DNA of 64,000 nucleotides from Pristiophorus japonicus (taxonomy: Eukaryota): positions 133,982,001 through 134,046,000 of the forward strand of contig NC_091988.1 in the NCBI RefSeq assembly GCF_044704955.1, in the 5' to 3' direction. The notes beneath the pieces are model-generated. The model saw only the letters and a list, made by a program, of their open reading frames with translations. It had not been told where the DNA came from and did not search any database. Positions 25,700 to 39,154 of the stretch are shown here, piece by piece (position 1 is the stretch's first letter; each line of letters opens with the position of its first letter). The position numbers and the translations under genes are program-made.

Positions 25700-26495
25700 G
25701 CAGGCTGAGGGATAAATGCTGGCCAGAACACTGGGAAAAATCCACATTTCTTTGAATAGTGCCATGGGATCTTTTACATCCACCTGAGAGAGCTGAGGGG
25801 CCTCAGTTTAACATCTCATCTGAACGACAGCACCTTCAACAAGGCAGTGCTCCTTCAGTGCTGCACTGGAGTGTCAGCCTGGATTATGTGAGGCTTCAAC
25901 CCATGACCTTCTCACTCTGAGGTGAGAGTATTACCACTGAGCCAAGGCTCACTGGCATTCCAGTGTTGGCTACATTTTAATATTAGTGTAGAGCTGCCAG
26001 GACATTCAGCTTTCTGCCAAGATGGGAGTTTGAAAAGTTTACACAGTTAACTTTTTAAAAGTGCCAGTCTTGGCTCAGGGGTAGCACCCTTGCCTCTGAG
26101 TCTGAAGGTTGTGGCTTCAAGTCCTACTCCAGAGATTTGAGCTCATAATATAGGTTGACACACGAGTGCAGTGCTGAGAGAGTGCTGCACTGTCGGTAGT
26201 GTTGTCTTTTAAATGAGACGTTAAACCAAGGCCCTCTCAGGTGGATATGAAAGATCCCATGGCCATGGCACTATTTGAAGAAGAACAAGGAAATTCTCCC
26301 AGTGTAAGAAAATGCTGGAAATACTCAGCAGACCAGACAGCATTGTGGAGAGTTCTCCCAGTGCTCAGGCCAATATTTATCCCTCAATCAGCATCACTAA
26401 ACCAGGTTATCGGGTCATTTATTACATTGCTGTTTGTGGGATCTTACTGTATGCATATTGGCAGCTGGGTTTCCCTACCTTACAACAGTGACTAT
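25700..26495. mobile_element. Head-to-head pair of SacSINE1-like SINEs (25700-25950 minus; 26065-26495 plus)
   Basis: Both match the 24003 element, in opposite orientations. Further copies at about 31740-32155(+), 33965-34112(+), 37040-37235(-), 49435-49725(-), 52232-52362(-), 63285-63500(-). Confidence 0.85.
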
Positions 26496-26957
26496 ATGCG
26501 AGTCCTTCTCTTAAACTCTGCTTTGCACTGATGGCAACCATACCACAGCTGGCACACAGTGAATGTGAATCTAACTCCTTACAGTGGTCTTATACCACAT
26601 GCCAAAATGTGAACTGCCATCAGTTCGACAAAGCTGATGCAGTGTGTGCAGTGTAACGGGCCCTTTAGGTAATTCCCTTTGCTACTGCAGCTAACCAGAA
26701 TCTGCTGCAGCCGTGCCACTCTTATGGGAGCTCAGTCTTGTGTTGGTTTGTCACTAGGGGACTTTTGAAAGTAAACCGTCCTTCCCCACCCAATAAGCTG
26801 TGGTTTAACAGAGTTTCTGGGCTTGTATCAACAGGAAGTCTTTGTTTGTAAACTCTACCTTTTTAACCATTTATTGTAAAATTAAATTAATTTAGAGATA
26901 ATATTATTTGGACTTTTTTCACTGGAAAGCTGTGTGGAGGAACAGGCATCATAATAA

Positions 26958-27340
26958 AACAACAATTTGCTTATATCGCACCTTTATTGTAGTAAAATGT
27001 CCCAAGATGTTCACAGGAACGTAATCAGGCAAATATTGACACAGAGGTGACCAAGAGCTTGGTCAAAGATGTAGGTTTTAAGGAGCATCTTAAAGGAGGA
27101 GAGAGTGGTTTAGGGAGGAAATTCTAAGACCTAGACTGCTGAAGGCACGGCCACCAATGGTGGGGCAATGAAAATTGAGGATGCACAAGAGGCCAGAATT
27201 GGAGGAACGCAGAGTTCTTGGAGGTTTGTGAGGCTAGAGGAGATTACATAGCTAGAGAGAGGTGAGGCCATAGAGGTATTTGAACATGAGGATGAGAATC
27301 TTAAAATGGAGGAATTGCTGGACCAGAGGCCAATGTAGGT
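26958..27340 (-). mobile_element. L2 3' fragment (others at about 9630-9880, 21145-21452, 21630-21745, 36255-36545)
   Basis: Shared L2 3' sequence (gcacctttaacgtagtaaaacgtcccaagg...agcttggtcaaa...ggttttaagga). Confidence 0.8.
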
Positions 27341-27719
27341 GAGGAAACAAGAAGTCCTGATTGGCTGATGTCAGGCTGCAGATTGCAGGGGGAAGGGGAG
27401 ACTGGGGAAGTAGCAAGTTGCAAGGGAAGCTGTTTTGGATCGATTCAGTGAAAGTGATGTGAGCATTTGGATGATTCCTACTTAATTATATACATCTCCA
27501 GGAGATGCGGTTAGCAAGAATGTCTAAAAATAACATGGGTGAATTGTAACATGCAGCGACAAGGGGTAAACTCTTTATTTGGGGAATTTTTTCCACCCCC
27601 CCCCCCCGCACTTATAGAAAGAAAGCAAGGAAGATACAGCGCCTTTTACGATCACGTCTCAAAGCGCTTTACAGCCAATGAAGTACTTTTTGGAGGGTAG
27701 TCACTGTTGTAATGTGGAA

Positions 27720-28203
27720 AACATCCCCAGCATTGAAGCACTGACCACGCTTGATCAGCTCCGCTGGGCAAGTTTCATTGTTTGCATGCCAGACACGAGA
27801 CTCCCAAAACAAGCCCTCACTTGGAACTCCCTCACAGCAAACGAGCCAAAGGTGGGCAGTGGAAATGTTACAAGGACACCCTCAAAACCTCCCTGATAAA
27901 GTGTGACATCCCCACTGACACCTGGGAGTCCCTGGCCAAAGACCGCCCTAAGTGGAGGAAGTGCATCCGGGAGGGCGCTGAGCACCTCGAGTCTCATCGC
28001 CGAGAGCATGCAGAAATCAAGCGCAGGATGCAGAAAGAGCGTGCGGCAAACCAGTCCCACCCTCCCTTACCCTCAGCGACTATCTGCCCCACCTGTGACA
28101 GAGACTGTGGTTCTCATATTGGACTGTTCAGCCACCTAAGAACTCACTTTAAGAGTGGAAGCAAGTCTTCCTCGATTCCAAGGGACTGCCTATGATGATG
28201 ATG
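27720..28203 (+). mobile_element. RTE 3' fragment inserted in a minus-strand SacSINE1-like SINE (about 27615-28280)
   Basis: RTE C-terminus, (ATG)n tail, TSD-like AATGTGG(G)AAA on both sides. Confidence 0.9.
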
Positions 28204-31200
28204 AATGTGGGAAACGTAGCAGCCGATTTGTGCACAACAATCTCCCACAAACAGCAATGTGATAATGACCAGATAATATAATTTGGAACAAAGGCTGGTT
28301 TTATAGCAAACAGCAGTTTAGTATAGAGGTCCTACTTAAAAAATAAACACCTTCCTTTGGAATAAAATCAATCAATTGCAAAGAAACTGGTTATCACGGA
28401 GCAGAAAGAGGGCATTTTTTCCAATCGTAGCTATGTCAATGCTAGTGTCTTTAACTGACACTATCTACTCTTAATCCCAATTCCCCGCTCGTTCCTATCT
28501 ATGTGTTAGTAAAATTCTGGTGTAGGCCATGTTCTTCCTAGCCTCAAACTTTACTTCCTGTTGTCCTGATTTTTGGGCACACTTTTCTGCCAACATTTAC
28601 CAACGTAAATTGCAATGACATTTCCCATTCAATGTTTCTGTGCAGTTGCGGGCTCTATCACCACATGGACTGCAGCAGTTCAAGGAGAAGACCCATCATC
28701 CCCTATTCAGAGCAATTAGGGACGGCCAATAAAAGTGGCCTTGCCAGCATCATCTACATCCTGCGAACAAATATTGTAAAGGTCCATGGCCACCAGGTGG
28801 TGCTGTGGAGCAAGTTTCTGAAGACCCTCTCCCAACTCAGTCACCATCTTGAATATAAAACTTACATCCATCAACTGACCATGGACAATGTCACAGGCAA
28901 CTTACTAGAATCTTATAATATTTTTTCAAAGAGTCCTTGGCGAGTTGCTGCAGTGAATCCTATAGATAGTATAAACTGCAGCCACACTGCGCCGATGGTG
29001 GAGGGAGTGGATGTTTCAGGTAGTGGATGGGCTGATGATCACGCCATCTCAAGACCTTTCCTAATTTTGAAAACTCCTATTAGATTAATCTGCTTTCTTG
29101 CAGTGAAAAAGGCCTTGATCTTTGAGCTCTTTCTGATTGCTGTAACCTCTCATTCTCAATATCAATCCAGTAAATCTTCACTGCACCCTTTCCATGACTC
29201 TAATATACTTCTTATAACAAGGTTCCTGTATAGAACCTAGAATTCTCTTTCTACCACCTTTAACGATCGACGTATCCGCACTCCTAGATCTCTCTGTTCC
29301 TCCACTCTTTAGGAATCTTACCAGTTAAGCTGTACATCCTTTCCTACATTACAACAGCGACTACACTCTAAAAGTACTTTATTGGCTGTAAACCACTGGT
29401 CATGAAAGGCGCTATATAAATCCAAATCTTTCTTTCTTTCATTGTTCTTTTACTTAAAGTAGGCTATGTTACAATTTTTCTGAATTGAACTGCCTCTGCC
29501 ACCTCTCTGCCCACTCCTCAAAACTGTCTATGTCCCCTTGCAATCCCCTGGACTCTTCCTCACAGATTGCTGTGCCTAATTTGGTTTGATCAATAAACTT
29601 CTACATTATGCCTCTTGTGCCTATGTCCAAATCATTTATATAATTGGAAAACCAAAGAGGCCCCAGCACAGATCCCATCATCTACATCACACCAAGCCAA
29701 AAAAAAAATACCCTATTCTCTACTCTTCTGGCCATTCCTCTATCCATGTGGCTATATTAAGTTTGATTCCTGGTCAGTTAGCTGAAGACAGTTGGGGTGC
29801 GAAAATTGGCCTCAGCACCTTTGGAGTAGGGAAGATGCAAATCAACTGAGGTCTATGCTTCTGGTTGCGCTCCCCGTGACCCCTCTCCCCAGTAAGCTGT
29901 GCTGAAGTTGGGTAAGGACAGGATTGGGCTCAGCTGCCAATACCTTGCACAGTTGAACAACCTGCCGCCATTCACTGTCTGGAGTCACTGAAGAAAAGCT
30001 ACTCAGACGAGGAACTAAAAGGTGATTGGCATCGATGGCACCGAATGCCAGAGAGGTTGACACGTCTTCAGAGAGAAGGGGGAGGAGGGGGGGGAGAAAA
30101 ACCAGCACAAGCAGACAACAATTCCTTCTTTACATGCTGCATCACCGACTACTATGACTATAACAAGTATAAATTACTGTAAGTATGATCGAATAACAGT
30201 CGAATCACATGCCGGGTGTGTCCTGGAGGCTAATTCACTGGGGAGGGGGCGGGGGGGAACAGATGTCAGTTAATGTGCAAAACCACAGGATGGCGGCGGG
30301 GGGTTTCACAGGAAAAACCCTAGCATACCAGGTCCGGTACAAAGTAGATGCACAGCCACATACATCACTCTCTGCTTTCTCGCTGCTATCTTTTCAGCAT
30401 TCTGTTTTGCATAAGCCAAAACACCATGTTCGAAGCGTGCATGAAAATAAATGAGGAAGTTGTATTTGAGGGAAGTAGATGGATGCAGTGTTCCTGAACT
30501 GTCGCCAGCCAGCATCACTGAGCAAAGCCAGATAAAGGTTTGATCGGATTGTTGGAGGTGCCAGTGCACACCGCACCACGAAGACCTGTTCAGCTGCATT
30601 CGAGTCGTGAAGACATTCAGCGCTTGTGCTCATATCATCAACAGTAGTTTACAGGATCCGGTACATCTTCTGATCTCGGTCACACATCACAGGGAAACAT
30701 TGCGCTCAAGCCGGGTGTGTTCCCACAAATAAGGAGGAAACAAATGGGAGGAAGTGTAATTCAATACGGATTACATGCATATAAAATGGTAGCACTGCAG
30801 GAGGCCTCAGACATGATCCTCTATTTGCCCACCAGATGGGGCAGGTAGAAAAACTGGATGGTCTAAGCTTAACTCCAGCTCACACGGGTGGGATTAATGT
30901 CTCCTCTATCTCTTAACTGTAAGGGCCCGATGTAAGTAAGTTTGGGCAGCCTTGATGCAGTTTCTAGCAGAGGCATCAGGTGCAAAGACAGTCCTGTCTA
31001 GCAATCGCATTCAAAGAGGCTGAGGTTTGGGAAATGGAAACATGATTACACTTGGTGCTGTAGGAGTCACTCTTCTGAGCCCGGGGCTGAGGAATGCTGT
31101 TGAGTCGAATACAAGGAGCTTTACACTGCATCTGGCTGTTAGACCTGACCTGGGACTGCTTGATGCTGATACTGGGTGGCTGAACTGGGAAGAGTTCCAA

Positions 31201-34200
31201 TCTTCAGTACCAACATTCCTCGCCTTAATGGGCACAGAAGTTAAAAAATAAACTGGATTGTATATTGTGTTCCAACCTGAATGTCAGATTTATCCTGCTC
31301 TCTGTTAGTCTCTCAGAAACATCCAAATACACGCTTGTTATATTTAATTTTGCACCGAGTATATAGGGATTAAAAAAAAACAGGAATTCACGAGTGAATC
31401 CCCATTGGAATCTCTTGGGCATTTCCTCAAAAGTTCCCTGCAGGCAGTTTTTATAGGTTAATTGTCAGGCTATGGCAAATTGGGTCGGAGGTTTGTGGAT
31501 TTATGTCCTACATCACGAGTTTGAGATTATAATTTAAAAGCCGTCACTGAAGTTAATTGATGAGATGTTAACTAAGGCCATGATTCAGGTCAATGTTAAA
31601 GGTCCCATGGCACTATTTGAAGAAGAGCAGGGAGTTTTCCCATTCTTTCCAATACTGCCAAAAACACGGTCCAACCAATCACTGCAGTGCTGTTTTGTAT
31701 GATCTTACTGTGTACATAATCTAAACTCAGTTGTCACACAATCACTTCTGAGTCAGAAGGTTGTGGGTTCAAGTCCCACTCCAGGACTGGAACTTTTAAT
31801 CCAGGCTTGCGCTTGAGTGCAGGACTGAGGGTGTGCTGCATTGTGGGTGTTGCTGTGTTTTAGGTGAGACATTAAACCGATACCCCATCGGCCCTCTCAG
31901 GTGGACATAAAAGAGCCCATGGAACTATTCAGAGAAGAGCAGGGGAGTTCTCCTGGTGTCCTGGACAATATTTAGCCCTCAACCTGCACCATTAAAACAT
32001 ATCCCCTAGATGTTCATCTCATTGCTGTTTGCTATGTGCAGATTGGCTGCTGACATTTTCCTACAACCAAGAATGACTACACTTCTTTAGTAGTTCAGTG
32101 GCTGTAAAGCGCTTTGGGTAGTCCTTAGGCTGTGCTATATAAATGCAAGTTCTTTGTTGGAGGTTATGCACAGTTGCGATCTTGGTTTTAGTGAACTGTG
32201 CCTTGGTGTGGGACCTGAGTTGGCCTTTGATGGCTGACCTCAGTCTTCAGGGATTATCAGTGTGGTAACTGTCTCACTTTACTGCTGTCCTTGCTTCATA
32301 TCGAGAATCATACAGCACAGAAAGAGGCCATTTGGTCCATCGTTCCTGTGCCTGCTCTGTGAAGGAGCTCTCCAATTAGTCCCACTCCCTCTGCTCTTTC
32401 CCCCATCGCTCTGCAATGTGTTTCCCCTTCCAACTATATGTTACTATTGAATTTGCTTCCACCATCCTTTCAGGCAGTGCATTCGAGATCTTGGCAACTC
32501 GCTGCGTAAAAAATATCTCCTAATCACTCCTCTGGTTCTTTTGCCACTCACCTTAAACCCCTGTGTCCTCTGGTTACTGACTCTCCTGCCAGGGGAAACT
32601 GTTTCTTCCTATTTACTCTATCAAAATACCTAACTAGGAATAAAAGACCTGCTGCAGTATAAAGACTTTAAAGGGGCCAAAATTCCCCCCTTTTTTTAAG
32701 GGCTGTTACCATCTCTAAGAGGCGGAAACAGGTTTCCGTCATGCCCCGACTTTCCGCCCACCCAGCATGCCGACCCCTTACCGTCGGGTGGTGACCCCTT
32801 TCCCGCCCCGCGGGGGAAGTTGCCCCGCATGAGCGCAGCTGCTGGCAGTCGGTGAAACTGACAGCTTCACGAGGCGAAAACTCAAGAGGATGCAAGTCCC
32901 CTTTAAGAAAATCCATATGACACAGGCTTCACCTCTTTTCCTGCCAAAACGTGGGTCCAGAGACAGACGTTCGTAGGATTGATGATATCACCATGGCACA
33001 GTATGCAACATGCCTGCTGACAGCGCAGAAGCGATTGTTAGTAAAAAAAACTATGGGATTTTTTTCTGGTTTTCCCCTCATGTTCAGGAGGTAATCACTT
33101 TTTTACCAATTTACCAATCATGAACACATTCAGGAATTTATCAGTGGAAATCCACACCATTTAGTGCCAGTTAGTGTGAAACGAGGATTGGTTTCTGTGC
33201 TGTGGGCTCAGTGAACTGGACTGGAAGTCCCCAAACTATTTTTTCTCTGCCTCTAATGGGCAAACAAGTCCTGCGATAATTGCCACTCCTATACCGTTGA
33301 TAAGAGCTTTTGTTACCTCACACATGCAGTATCAGAGGGTGTACAATATCTGTACTGTTAATAGCCCTGATTCATTTATATAAAGCAAATTATTCATTAT
33401 GGCACTTGACATATGAGCCAAAGCTGGAGTCTGCCAGCTGCAAGTCTGAACTTAACTTAATACAGGATGTAGAAAACTCCCTCCAGTTAAAGACAGTGAA
33501 AAATTACCCTTTACATTAAAGCATGAGTTTAAGAAGCATATTCCTGAGGTCATAACCCATTGGAGTAGTATTTCTCTGGTTAAAAACAATTGGTAGCTGT
33601 ACTGTGTGGAGCAGCATTTTTGTGGTGGATTACAGCTTCTTCACAATACAATGAGCCCCGTGTTTTCAGTGAGAGGTAATCCTAAGAAAAATGTTGACTG
33701 ACTGCAAAAATCGTAACAGATACATTTGAGCAGCAAGCGACCAGAATGCGTCTCATTATAAAGCTGCTCTGTTATAAAAGAAAAGTAAACAAAGAGCGGA
33801 ATTCTGTGAAAGTTTCTACTCGTCACTAATTGGAAATGTTTAGGAATTAGTTTACATTTTAATTTCAGTGGTGTTTCTATTGTTTGAGCCTGCTCTCCAC
33901 TCCTTTTCTGTGGGTACAAGCTCGGCCTGCTGCTGTACAGTTTATAGACTCCAGCACCCATCACATGGGCTTAGTGGGGAGCACCCTCGCCGTTGCGTCA
34001 GAAGATCATGGGTTCAAACCCCACTCCAGAAACTTAAGCGCACAATCTAGTCTGACATTTCCGGTGGAGTACTGAGAGAGCGCTGTACTGTCGGAGGTGC
34101 CGTCTTTTGGATGATACCTATGTTGTATGATTCTATGATTCTAACCGTCACATCAACTGAGCTCACCAAAGGGTCAAGTGGATAATAGCGGCTTCCAAAG

Positions 34201-34588
34201 TGGGCCTGGTCCCTATATACTGGATGACCCTTGGCTAATCCCTGATCTGATTTAACTGGTCTCAGTCAGGGGCTACAATCGATGTCAGTGTACTGGGGTC
34301 ATGGAGAGGAAAATTAACTCTCTCTCCAGTGACAGCTGATGGAAAGTGTATGTGTGTAAATGTTGGCTGGGGATGGGCTCTGGGCAAGTCCTGAACAGTC
34401 AAAGTCTGGCTCACAGCCAGAGTACAGTCGCATGGACATGGTACAGGAGGGCAGTAAACCCCATGAAATTTTACCCCAGAACGAGTCTGTGCCTTCAAGA
34501 GAGAAAGGAGATTAGAGAGATAAAGAGACAATTGTAACCTAACTCACTGAGCGGGAAACCCGGGGGAACGCCAGTTTTACACCCCACC

Positions 34589-35161
34589 TGTAATGTATTT
34601 GCTTCATGGGTTCTTTGCTGAAGAATTCATAGCAACACATTGCTATTAAGAACTACTTGGTTTATTAGCAAAGGTTTAACAATCACACTGCACATTACCA
34701 GTTCATCCACCAGGCTCACAACCACCTGCCTCATCATGGATCCCCTAAACCCAACTGGCTGGGGTTTTATTGAGTCTTGTGAACATCACATGACTGGCTA
34801 TGCCACTCCCAACTCAACAGCTCTACAACTATTTTGTGTTGAAACAATCAAGTGCCCCCTGATTAAAAGGAGGGGTTGGGGGGGGGGGGGGGTCACACTC
34901 CAAGAACTTTTCAAGTGCCCTTTTTTTGAGAGCACCAAAAAACACAAATTATACAAGTACCCCCTGGCTAAAAGGGGGGGGGGGGAGTGGGGGCACTAAA
35001 ACCGACAAACTTAAACAAGTTAAACTTTAGACGTGGTTAAAATTAAAATTTGGTTGCCGGGGGTGATGATGCACTCCAGTCCCTCCGGCACCCACCTCTC
35101 GCAGAAGGCCGCGAGCGTCTACAGCTCTACAAACCCGTGAGCATACTCACAGGTGCATACA
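34589..35161 (-). mobile_element. Solo LTR interrupted by a Tx1-like LINE fragment
   Basis: TGTA...TACA ends, 5-bp TSD CCACC/CCGCC (one CpG-type mismatch), minus-strand AATAAA. Confidence 0.75.
34829..35120 (-). mobile_element. Tx1/L1-clade LINE 3' fragment
   Basis: Reverse complement matches 41245-41436; 12-bp TSD ACAGCTCTACAA (34817-34828, 35121-35132). Confidence 0.85.
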
Positions 35162-36389
35162 CCGCCCAATATTACTCTCCACTGACTTCAATGGACAGTC
35201 AGTCTGACGGGCCGGATAAGTTAAAATTGAGCCCCCGGTGGGCACAAACACCATGGGACATGCCGCAGGGTTGAGAGTCAAGGCACTCAGGCAAACATAC
35301 AGAGAAGGATCGGAAAGGATCAGCCGGTCCATCAGGCCAGTTCCATCCCGTCACGCACCCTAAACACCCCACCCCGTTCCCCCCTCCTTCCTCACTTACA
35401 CAATCTCCTGGTAGAGGCAAAACAAATCAGAGAAAAGACAGCTTGAGCCAATTTAAGGAGAAGAAAGAAACTGTGGGAAGTTCCACTCTGTCCTCTGAAG
35501 GCGGTCAAGCACACACCAGAAGGCTGTGGTGACTGATCTCTGTAGTCTCAGTTAACACAACCACCATCTGTGATTCAGTGTCATGTTTGAAATTTATTTG
35601 GGATTTTTCAGTAACAAGGAAGTAACTGTTTCCCTGACAGCCATATGAACTTTGGAAACTTTTTGCATTTCTGAGGCCAGAGGTTCTAATAAAAGTGATT
35701 CCTCATTTTTCCAAAAAGAAGCCTGTTCAAACAGGGGAATGCCAGTGATTCACGGTGAGGTGCTGAATGTTTATGAAAAGGCCATATATCCTTTATTTGA
35801 CGAGGAAAGGGCCCATCACTGTTCTGTGCGGAGTTCGGCGATCTCACGCAGTGACACCAAAGGTGGTGCTGTAATTAGCCTCTGGTGTTAGCCAAGGCGG
35901 TGCGGTGGGTTGGGGGTTGGGAGGAGGGTGGAGAATCAGACAGGATGCTGCTACTCCTGCTGGACAGTGAGCGAGCACAGGCCTTGGGCAAGGATGGATT
36001 CAAGTTCAGCTGTGGTGCTCACCTTGACCAAGTGGCCTGCCAGACATTAGCTGGGCTCACATGTACTGAAGGGCCAACAAGAACCAGCACTTTCAGGGGA
36101 GAAGGGAGAAAATATTGGGTGGGGGTTAATTAAGAAAAATTGGTACATGTATGACTCCAGATCATCAGGGCAGGAGGAGGAGCCATAATTGGGAATGTCC
36201 TGGGGAAAATGGGAAACATGCCAGTTGGCAAAGATTTTGTTCGAACTAGTGTCAAACACAACAGCAACTTGCATTTATATAGCACCTTTAACGTAATAAA
36301 ATGTCCCAAGGCGCTTCACAGGCGCTGACAAAATTTGACACCAAGCCAAAGAAGAAGACATGAGGACAGGTTTTAAGGAGCGTCTTAAA

Positions 36390-36530
36390 GGAGAGAGAGT
36401 GGTAGAGAGACGGAGAGAGAGTGGTAGAGAGACAGAGAGAGAGACAGAGAGAGAGAGAGAGGGGTAGAGAGACAGAGAGAGAGAGGTAGAGACAGAGAGA
36501 GAGAGAGGTAGAGAGGTAGAGAGAAAGAGA
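36390..36530. repeat. GA-rich microsatellite expanded within an L2 fragment
   Basis: (GA)n interspersed with GGTA/GACA, flanked by L2 sequence. Confidence 0.9.
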
Positions 36531-36847
36531 GGTTTAGGAAGGGAGTTCCGGATCTAACTATTTCAGATTCCAATTATTCAAAAGATTCAGATTTGAATTC
36601 CAGTGTCAAAGAGATGTGTAATTTATATTACTTCATACACAGAACCTAAGATACAACAGGCAGAGTTGGCTCCCCTTTCCCTGCCAGTTTAACATGTTTT
36701 GGACTGGACACGTGCCGTGCCGTAGGGTTTGTCCATGGAGGAATGGCTAGGTGTGTGTGTGTGTGTGTGTGGATGATTTGGCTGCACTGTTGTCTGTAAG
36801 TGGACGCGGGTTCTGATTTTCATTCTGTGCCTGTGCTTCTTTCTCAG

Positions 36848-36929
36848 TGTTGTCCCGTCTCGAGCAACGCCTGCGATAGCGTGGCCCAGTACTCAAAGTT
36901 CGGCAAGTGTTGTTCAAAGTGCCCGGCTG
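36848..36929 (+). CDS. CD40: CD40 exon 2 (CRD1 N-part: CCPVSSNACDSVAQYSKFGKCCSKCPA)
   Basis: Acceptor tgcttctttctcag, donor G|GTGAGT; TNFR C..Y....CC..C.G pattern. Confidence 0.92.
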
Positions 36930-37725
36930 GTGAGTTATGACATTAAAATAACAACGGTTGAAGCAGAGGTCCTGAGCTATAGGAACTCAGGAAAAGGAGG
37001 AGGCCATTCAGCCTTTTCTGCCCTTCACATTTCAGCTCCACTGCTCTTCTTTGAAATAGTGCCAAGGTATAGCAGATGGGCCTAAGTTTATCGTCGCCTC
37101 CAAAAGACGGCATCTCTGACAGTGCTGCACTCCCTCAGTACTGCACTAGCCCAGACTTTTGTCTCTGGTGTTGAACCTTGAACCCACAACCTTCAAAGTC
37201 AGAGGCAAGAGTGCTGCCCACTGAGCCATAGCTGGCACTGTAAGGTGCCATCATCCTCACAGCCTCACTTCAAATGGCCATTTTTCAGTTGTGAGCTCGG
37301 ACAGTGAGTGCTAACAGGCTATGTGACCATGGGAGGCAGTGCAGTGAGCCCGATCCTGCCCTTACTTGCACATTCCAGTCAGGGGAGGGGGGGGGGACCC
37401 AAGGATGCCAAGGCATCAAGAACAATTACAGTGTCCCTGCCACTGTCAGAGTTGAGATCAGGTAACGGACTGTAAGCTGAATCGGCGATCCTTTCTACCC
37501 ACTGGTGTGGATCAGAAGCAGGCAGCATGGTGCAGTTACCCACTGAGATAGTGGTGGAGGCTGCAGGGTTGATAGTATGGGTGGAGATTTCTGAAATCTG
37601 GACCATTCCGCCCACCTGTTTAGAGGGGAAGATGGTCTGACTGAATCGAAGGCTGTAAAGGAAAGACTTACTCCAATGGCAAGTGCATTTGCTGTGCTGA
37701 GTATGCTGAACCTTTGTTTTTGCAG

Positions 37726-37851
37726 GCACCTACACTAGGAGTGAATGCACCGAGGAAAAGGATGCCGAGTGCCATCCTTGTGGCCATGGACTTTATCAAT
37801 CAGAGTGGAACACATTGGACCATTGCCAAATGCACAAAAGCTGCAACAGTA
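37726..37851 (+). CDS. CD40: CD40 exon 3 (CRD1 C-part and CRD2 N-part)
   Basis: Acceptor tttgtttttgcag, donor A|GTAGGT; 126 nt; GTYTRSECTEEKDAECHPCGHGLYQSEWNTLDHCQMHKSCNS. Confidence 0.93.
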
Positions 37852-38304
37852 GTAGGTATCAATTACTGCCAAGTGTCTAATTAACTAGGACCCAAAACCG
37901 GCTCCTGCTTGTCCTAGGGACCGACGCTGTCCTTAAATAGTGTGTCTGCACCAATTCCCACATCGACGTAAAGCCACTGCTTGTTTGAAGCACTGCATCA
38001 AGCTCCGGATTAACATCGCCCAATGCCCCTGCTCCCGCTCCACTATCCCACTCCTCCTAGTGCCCAGCCTTCAGCTGTGAGCCTGGTCACTGAGTGGCAC
38101 CAGCCTGTTTGACCACTAGGGGGCATCACAACCAAGTTGGCCCCCACCTTCATTAAAAAATGCTTGGCCAATCATTTCATGGGGAGAGCCATCTTTACAT
38201 GTTTGTTGTATTATCTGAAAGTGAGATGAGAGCATGTTTGTGAGGAGATGAAACCTGTTTTACCAAACACTTTAGGAAAATGGTGGCCCTTTAAAAATAT
38301 ATTA

Positions 38305-38643
38305 ACATAAGAATTAGGAGCAGGAGTAGGCCCTATGGCCCATCAAGCCTGCTCCACCGTTCAATAAGATCATGGCTGATCATCTACCTCAACACTTTCC
38401 CGCCCGATCTCCATATCCCTTGATTCCCCTAAACTCCAAAAATCTATCTATCTCAGCCTTGAATATATTCAGAGACTCAACATTCATAACTCTCTGGGAC
38501 AGAGAATTCCAAAGATTCACAACCCTCTGAGTGAAGAAATTCCTCCTCATCTCTGTCTTAAATGGCCGACCCCTTATCCTGAGACTGTGCCCCCTAGTTC
38601 TAGACACTCCAACTAGGGGAAACAACCGCTCAGCATCTACCCT
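38305..38643 (-). mobile_element. CR1 3' fragment (CD40 intron 3)
   Basis: ORF 38389..38658 is the CR1 ORF2 C-terminus. Confidence 0.9.
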
Positions 38644-38788
38644 AATATGATTTAACAAAATTATAATTCTCCTTCACTATTACATCACTTTGTGTATTAA
38701 TGGACATGTTCATGCCTCAAATGTGATATGCTGTTAGTTTTGTCCTTTTAACTCTTTACTGTTTCTCTCTCTCTCTCTCTCTTTTTAG

Positions 38789-38938
38789 ATGGAGGATTTG
38801 AGGTACAAGAGGCTGGCACCGTTCACAGCAACACAATCTGCCGATGCCAAGCAGGGAAGCATTGCGTCAATAAGGACTGTGAAATCTGTAAAGACAACGA
38901 CGACTGCGAACGTGGCTACGGACTCATTGACATAACAG
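38789..38938 (+). CDS. CD40: CD40 exon 4 (CRD2 C-part and CRD3)
   Basis: (CT)n polypyrimidine tract then ttttag, donor G|GTAAAA; NGGFEVQEAGTVHSNTICRCQAGKHCVNKDCEICKDNDDCERGYGLIDIT. Confidence 0.93.
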
Positions 38939-39154
38939 GTAAAACCCACCACAAATGGCCCTAGCACTTCTAAGGCATGGAGGGAGCGAAACATCAGGCG
39001 GAGGGGGTGGGGGGTTCTCGTTCTGAGAATGAACAAACTATTCCCTCCTGGATTGGGTCATAGCTTTGTGAACTAAATGAACATCAGATTGTTTAGTGAC
39101 GGGAGGAGACCATTAGGCCCAAGAAACCTGTTTGTGTTTTTTAAAGCTCCTTAA

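Noticed and set aside
28632-29240. 202-aa ORF in CD40 intron 1
   Set aside because: Spans a patchwork of old LINE remnants; no recognisable domain or splice context.
30390-30665. Possible extra exon in CD40 intron 1 (ttttcag at about 30397)
   Set aside because: Stops in the frames examined, no TNFR-like content, and exons 1 and 2 already join in frame.
32670-32920. GGGGCCAAAATT-starting GC-rich segment as another complete Harbinger MITE
   Set aside because: Only one TIR-like end found; no partner or TSD.
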